A stretch of 21,779 bases of DNA from Amoeboradix gromovi X-113. Its lineage: Eukaryota; Fungi; Sanchytriomycota. The DNA is taken from NCBI GenBank assembly GCA_018985225.1, contig JADGIF010000089.1, forward strand, positions 1-21,779, read 5' to 3'. Both the position numbers and the translations under genes were made by a program. This document shows positions 16,427 through 21,779 of the stretch, one piece after another (within the stretch, counting starts at the first letter, position 1; each line of letters opens with the position of its first letter). The notes beneath the pieces are model-generated. The model did not search any database, had not been told where the DNA came from, and was given only the letters and a program-made list of their open reading frames with translations.

Positions 16427-18344
16427 CTATTTGTTCTTTTCGATAATGCTCATTCTGTATTCTTCGTGCTTGTGCTGCAGCTGCTTGAACCATCGTAGCA
16501 ACTCGTCATAATCTAATTCTACTTTTTTATTCTTGATCCTCTTGTTTCTAAATTAGTACAAAATACGCATCTTGCAAATAATTTATGTTATTTATTGCGT
16601 GCAGTCTTGTCCTTAGAGTCGCGAATGCACTACTTTGGGGCAATATCATCAGAAGTCCATATAGGGCCTTGTATAAATATATATTCTGGTTATCCAGTAA
16701 TTGCAACCTTAGGAATGTAAATATTGGACTTTCAATCAATTGAACCAGTTTGTCTAGTTGAATTAGAAAGTTAACGGTAATTTCTATTTCAGAAAATATA
16801 TTCAATACATCACACGCATGTTCATAAAGCTGACAGATAAGCAACAAGCTAAACAGCGCTATAGGATGATGCGACCAGGCCTTGTATAAAATGGTAAAAA
16901 AATGTAAATCGTTGAGCTCTTGTAAATCCTTGCGTAAGTCTTTAAGATCAGGGCTAGTAATTAGAATTAAGTTGACGTTTTGAACCATTGTTGTGGCCAT
17001 TTCCAAATCTTCTTCAACTGCCAAGGCCTTGTTTAGTCCCAGTAAAAACTTCTTCGGGCCAATTGTAGTAAGTAGCTTGTTGAGGATTAAAACACCTCTT
17101 ACTTCCAATAACCTTCTGTCATTACTAAAGAGCATTAACACGTCGTTAATAAACAATTCATAGTGAATCGCTGTGTCAGCTAGATTGGCGAGTACATGCA
17201 AGGCATAATTGATTACGGATTCAGTGTCATTCAGCAATGCAAATAGCTGTTTTAGTATTGCCTTGTCGACCTTTAAATTAGTGTTTTGGTATATCATCAG
17301 CATCCACTGCAGAGCAACTAACTTGGTCGATTCTACTGCACTTGATAAGTGCAACTGAACAAAAGATAAAATGCCATCCATCATAGCACTCATGCTGCTC
17401 CCTACACCCAACTGCTGATTAGAAATAGCACTTTGAAGCAATGAATACAGTTTGCTGTTCACTTTCATACATGCTGCATTAATTGTGGTAGAAGGACTGC
17501 TTAGCACTGTAAGTAACACATCTAATAGGATGTTACAGTGCTGAATCATGTTAAGTGGTGCTATGTCTATAAAATGAGATAACCAGTCCAGCGCAGTACA
17601 CGTTGTTAATTCGTCCTCATTGCTCACAAATGGCAGAATCAATGGCAACAACATGTCAACATGCTCGGATGTTACATCCTTAATAATGTTGTTAAGGAAG
17701 ACTATGGTAGCCGTTCGTATTTCTTCATTGTCATCAGATGTGTATTTAAACAGGGTGGCCAAAAGCAGCGGCAAATATTCAATTAGTGGGTTATTTGGGA
17801 TAGTGATTAATAATTGCAACCAGCTAAGCATTAAATTACGAACATTTGGATGGATTGCGTACATACGCTCACTAATTACGGGTAAAAGTAACTGAAATTG
17901 AATATCCAAGTCTAGTAAAACATCTTTCAGTAATCTATCAAGCAATTCAGCGCCTAATCTACATTGGGTATCAGGATCACTTGCTAACTTAGCGATGTTG
18001 TCTATTGTTGTATGTAATATACAGTATTTTGTGTGCTTAATTATGTTGTACAAACTTTCACAAGCGTAAAATCGCATTTTCGGATCCAGATCATCGAAGC
18101 ATCCCATAACCAACACCATCCATTCATTTAAGTCATTTTTTGGTACTTCAGTCGCCATGCAAATGCTTGTCAATCCTAGGCATCCGCCACTTTTCTGGTT
18201 TGTGCTAGAATTGGGATGCAGCAACTGTTTTAACTGCTCCACTAGATCTCTAGACTTTTCATAATCTGTGTATAACTTTTCTATTTCTTGGGCGGCCAAT
18301 TTGCGTCTATCGTACTGCTTGTCTGTCAGTTTTTTCAGATCCAT
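16427..18344 (-). CDS. VAC14: VAC14 scaffold of the PI(3,5)P2 (Fab1/Fig4) complex; join(16567..18344,16427..16547), ~632 aa
   Basis: LTDKQYDRRKLAAQEIEKL, RFYACESLYNI, GAELLDRLLKD, QLDKLVQLIESPIFTFLRLQLL and LYGLLMILPQSSAFATLRTRL. The second exon supplies the conserved tail LDYDELLRWFKQLQHKHE. ATG at 18344. Confidence 0.95.
16548..16566 (-). other. Spliceosomal intron, 19 nt (GTATTTTGTACTAATTTAG), phase 2
   Basis: GT..AG ends with a CTAAT branch motif. Removal extends VAC14 by a 40-codon exon that resembles the known VAC14 C-terminal helix. Confidence 0.92.
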
Positions 18345-18925
18345 AAGAATTAAAATGCAACAAAAATTAAATGCGGTATCCTTAATATCGAATATACTCT
18401 GCAACAATCAGACAAAATTTCTTGAAAAATATCTCAAAAGATGGGCTAGTCAATTACTAAGCTCTTGTATACTATCACATATGCTTTTGGTGAATACTTT
18501 TTACTAATTATACTTACTATTTGTGATATCATATTTTATAGTCGTTAGCCAAAATATTCCCAGCGTGGAATCAGCCTTTCTTGAGTGATTGTGTTATTGA
18601 TAATTTAGGTGTTAGTATAATAGTCTGCTATGATATTTATACTATAGTTCTGGATACCAATTCTGACTGATGTTTGGATATCAAATTCGATATTTTACAC
18701 CTTTACTCTCATCAGGTTTTCTAATCATTAATTTTGACAGTTTCTTCGGCTTCTTGGCTTATGTAGGATACGCATAGTTTATCATGTCAAAGAAGCAGGG
18801 TAGAGTTTATAGTACTGGACTTATTCACTTCCTAGGAAGAGCAAAATAGAAGTGAACAAAAAGTTGTGTTTATTAAGAGCTTTTACTTTAAGCTAGCCGC
18901 ACATAAAATTATTGCTCGCCAACTT

Positions 18926-20446
18926 CTATTTATATTTTGATAAAAAGGTGTTAAGCCAAATACTATGTTTCTCAATTCTGTCTTCTATATGGCCCAGTCC
19001 GTTGCCGATGTAAGTTTCTTCTTCTTCATGCACTGCCTGATGAAATCTTGGAGTCTGTTCTTGACTAAAAGCGTTTCGAATATTCATAAGCCTTTCCTGA
19101 TCTGCAGAATCACTTTTTTCAATATCAATTTTAGTTGTATTGGTTTTCAAACTGGCTACTTCTTTTTCTAGCATAGCCACTTTGAAGGTAATGTCATCTA
19201 TGTTTAAGGATCGTTGTTTATCCATTGTGGATTTCAGAACTTTTATTTCTGTTTGGAGTTCTACTAGGTCAGTAGTAATGGCTGAAAAAGAATCATCTAT
19301 TATTCTTTTGCTATTTTGGGTTTCTGATGATATTAAAGATTGTTTTAATTCGTTTAGACTCTTATTGAAGTTACCGTTTAAAGTCTTCTCAAGCTCTTTC
19401 ACGGAATCCATTAAAGCCTCCTGAATCTCTAGCTTAATGGAATCATTGGTCATTTTTTGGCTTGATATTCTTTCATCAATAAAGCCTTCTAAACTAATTT
19501 GTAACTTATAATTCAAAATTTCAAACTCTTTTCTCATATTTTCCTTTTCTAAACTAAACTTTTGATTTAAAAAAATCTCCATAGAGTCTTTTACACCTTC
19601 CCCATGATCATTCAGTTTATATCTACTTGTTATATCATATATTGAGGTTACTTTTTCAATTTTACCCAGTGTCGAATCTTGTCTATTCAATGAACCAGAA
19701 TTTTCTCTTTTTATTTTAGTATCAGCTGCAGGCGTGAGCACAACAGCAGGTTCCAATTTAAAAATTTCTTCTGCAGTTTTCGGTCTTCGACATGGAGATG
19801 GATCTTGCGTAATCCTTTTCAGGGTTTTTGTTTTCCATCGCGGCTCTAATTCATTTTCGACTGTGTCAATAGATATAGTAGGTTTATGTTCTTTTCTGCT
19901 AGCACTTGATGCCTCTCTCAACACAGATTTTGTCGCAGTACTTGTAGCTAGCGAATATTTGTTACTGTTCTTCTGCTTTGCTAATGGTGGTAGGTTGTTA
20001 ATAGCCTGAACGCTTTCGCTTTCAATTATAGTGTTTGCAAGATTTGAAGAATTTGTTGGCTTTTTAACATTACTATTGTCACTACTTAGCAGATCTAAAA
20101 TATCTTGTTTATCGCTTTTAAGATCCTCGGCAGCATCGCTCTTTTTTGCATCAGAGTATTCTATCTTGCAGATGTTGTCATTAGGGTGCTCCCATTGGGA
20201 CATTTTGGTTAACGCATTGTAGTAGTATATTAACCCGTTTTTGTCTTCGATAGGACTCCAATTAATTGGAAGTTTGCTAGTTAGACCTTTTTCAGCAATA
20301 TAGTAGTATTTTTTCTCTTTAATTCCCAATACTGTGGCATATTCCTCTATTTCTTCTGCGGTCGGTTTATGATGAATTTCATCTAAAACATGCATTGGCC
20401 TAATACGATTGAAAAAACTTTTCCCGTTTATAGCGCTAATATTCAT
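18926..20446 (-). CDS. CEP164: CEP164-like centriolar distal appendage protein (N-terminal WW module + coiled coil)
   Basis: PTAEEIEEYA..LGI.....YYIAEKGL...LP.NWSPIED..G.IYYYN..T..SQWEHPND matches the CEP164 N-terminal helix+WW signature; the C-terminal half is coiled-coil-like. The start could be 20395 (MHVLDE). Confidence 0.78.
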   Translation of the reverse strand: MNISAINGKSFFNRIRPMHVLDEIHHKPTAEEIEEYATVLGIKEKKYYYIAEKGLTSKLPINWSPIEDKNGLIYYYNALTKMSQWEHPNDNICKIEYSDAKKSDAAEDLKSDKQDILDLLSSDNSNVKKPTNSSNLANTIIESESVQAINNLPPLAKQKNSNKYSLATSTATKSVLREASSASRKEHKPTISIDTVENELEPRWKTKTLKRITQDPSPCRRPKTAEEIFKLEPAVVLTPAADTKIKRENSGSLNRQDSTLGKIEKVTSIYDITSRYKLNDHGEGVKDSMEIFLNQKFSLEKENMRKEFEILNYKLQISLEGFIDERISSQKMTNDSIKLEIQEALMDSVKELEKTLNGNFNKSLNELKQSLISSETQNSKRIIDDSFSAITTDLVELQTEIKVLKSTMDKQRSLNIDDITFKVAMLEKEVASLKTNTTKIDIEKSDSADQERLMNIRNAFSQEQTPRFHQAVHEEEETYIGNGLGHIEDRIEKHSIWLNTFLSKYK

Positions 20447-20977
20447 CTGTGAATCCAGGATAGTTCTGTTATCATGGAATTGACCCTAATTAGATGCTAT
20501 TCCTGTCATAGAGAATGAATAATTTCTAAAAAGAACTTAAGGAGCCATCCATCCTGCATTACTCTACATATAAATAATTTTCGCGAATTCATATTTGTCT
20601 TAATGGGCTCTGTTGAATTCCGTAAAGCTACTTTTTTAACGAAAAGATCGCTTTATAAAATACTCTACGAAAACGCCCCAACCATCACTGCAAATAAGAC
20701 TATTTGACTGTTTTAGATAGCACTTGATACTTAATAGATTACCATCCATTCCGATCAGCTCTCAAATACCAAACATTAGAAACCATCCACTAGTAGTTAC
20801 TAGATGAGAGTTATTCAACATTCACAACGGCTACATCATACTTTATATGAAATGTTCGTAGAAAGGTAGTTCATCCAGTCGGAACTGAATATCGGTTTTA
20901 AGTACCGGTTTAGTTAGCTGCGCCCCTGTTGTAATTTAGCATTAAAAATAACATCTAGCTTTTATTTAATTAGCAAA

Positions 20978-21577
20978 ATGGGTCGAGCTTGATTGAAATT
21001 CCCTATGCTAAAGAATATCTGTCACTTACGATTACTTGACAATTACAAATTTTATCCACATATGGCAGTAGCTCTGCACGAAGCGGATAAGAACTGCAGT
21101 ATTGTTTCTGCAACAGCTGGTAATTTTAACTACGAAAAAGTTTGTGGCAATATTTCCAAATTGTTTGGAAAGGTATTTGATAATCACTATACTGTGCTAA
21201 ATATTCATCCAACATTCTCTTAGCAATCAATGTGGTCATGTAATCGGATTAATCAGGAAGTGTCAATTTGACGAACAAAACAATGATTTGGAGTTGTTTT
21301 TTAGTGATTAGGGTAGTCACGGGCGAAAAGTTATATTTTCAAAATTCCTATATCAGAGGAATTTACAAATACATTGTGGCTAGAAACAGTTTACTCAAAA
21401 AAAAGACGCATAGCACAGTGTAACACTAAATAAATATTTCTGTACATTTATCATCTTTCTACATCAACACGACTGTAATAATAGAGAGCATTGATTGGGA
21501 TACATCAAGTGCCTTTGAAACAGTTGACCAAGCTCCTTTTAGAAGAAATCGAGCATCCGAGGTGAAAAAGATGTAAT
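20978..21577 (+). pseudogene. Possible decayed gene, unidentified
   Basis: A 76-codon ORF followed by more protein-like plus-strand fragments in shifting frames (e.g. QCGHVIGLIRKCQFDEQNNDLELFF, YINTTVIIESIDWDTSSAFETVDQAPF). No family recognised. Confidence 0.25.
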
Positions 21578-21712
21578 AAGGCACTATAAGCTGAAATAAA
21601 CTGAATATATTAAAGTCGCTGTTCTCTTAGATCCTAACATCAATAATCTGAAATCGATCGCATCTACTAGTGCTTTTGCAACATAGATTCACACCAAGCC
21701 ATATAATATCGA

Positions 21713-21779
21713 GTCACACATTGGTGCAAAGTCACAACACATTGATGCAAAGTCACAACACATTGATGCAAAGTCACAA
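21713..21779 (+). repeat. 21-nt tandem repeat (GTCACAACACATTGATGCAAA), running off the window end
   Basis: A degenerate 18-nt first unit at 21713..21730, exact units at 21731..21751 and 21752..21772, and a partial unit at 21773..21779. Confidence 0.92.

Noticed and set aside
18345-18407. N-terminal extension of VAC14 given by the ORF track
   Set aside because: It uses a non-ATG start; family similarity begins at MDLKKLTDK (ATG 18344).
626-20222. Numerous short or antisense ORFs in the track (e.g. 626..1276, 4918..5244, 5340..5771, 7844..8098, 17620..17895, 19140..19424)
   Set aside because: They are shadows of well-supported genes on the opposite strand or in another frame and show no recognisable motifs.
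405-20446. Alternative genetic code or stop readthrough (TAA/TAG as Gln) to explain the split ORFs
   Set aside because: The splits involve frame changes fixed by 19-20 nt introns. TAA, TAG and TGA all terminate otherwise complete conserved proteins.
20486-20509. Upstream ATG...CTAATTAG in frame with the CEP164-like ORF as a hidden first exon and intron
   Set aside because: There is no GT donor at a suitable distance, and the branch A would sit at -5 rather than -6.
20608-20620. CTCTGTTGAATTC as a fifth copy of the dispersed repeat
   Set aside because: Only a 12/13 match to the copy 3 core, with no collinear flanks.
21713-21779. Telomere or CRISPR array
   Set aside because: The units are head-to-tail with no spacers and no cas genes. 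The C/A-rich strand runs toward the right end, opposite to the usual telomere polarity.

Overview
AT-rich, very gene-dense eukaryotic DNA in the standard genetic code. It most likely comes from a zoosporic early-diverging fungus or close holomycotan relative: it has a CEP164-like gene plus fungal-type Bni4/Phactr-, Nam8- and Cld1-like genes, and a sanchytrid-like origin is my guess only. I can support 14 protein genes: a receptor-like single-pass class I phosphodiesterase, PIG-L/GPI12, a two-RRM Nam8/SECp43-family protein, a Bni4/Phactr-like PP1 regulator, a DD3-3-like membrane protein, a BAR-SH3 protein, a histidine phosphatase, DUS2, an ABHD4/5-Cld1 hydrolase, a TMX1-like thioredoxin, a surface LRR protein, a GT31 glycosyltransferase, VAC14 and CEP164. 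Four of these are split or truncated in the ORF track because each holds an ultra-short 19-20 nt GT-AG intron with a fused branch-point/3' splice site (CTWAYHTAG, putative branch A at -6). Other signals: (1) a dispersed ~130-200 nt intergenic repeat with three clear copies and covarying stem-loops; (2) three upstream segments that together are antisense to nearly all of exon 1 and the splice donor of the RRM gene; (3) AATAAA signals fused to stop codons; (4) very short signal peptides; (5) two probable decayed gene relics; (6) a 21-nt tandem repeat at the right edge. All family calls come from motif recognition by eye, not from database searches.
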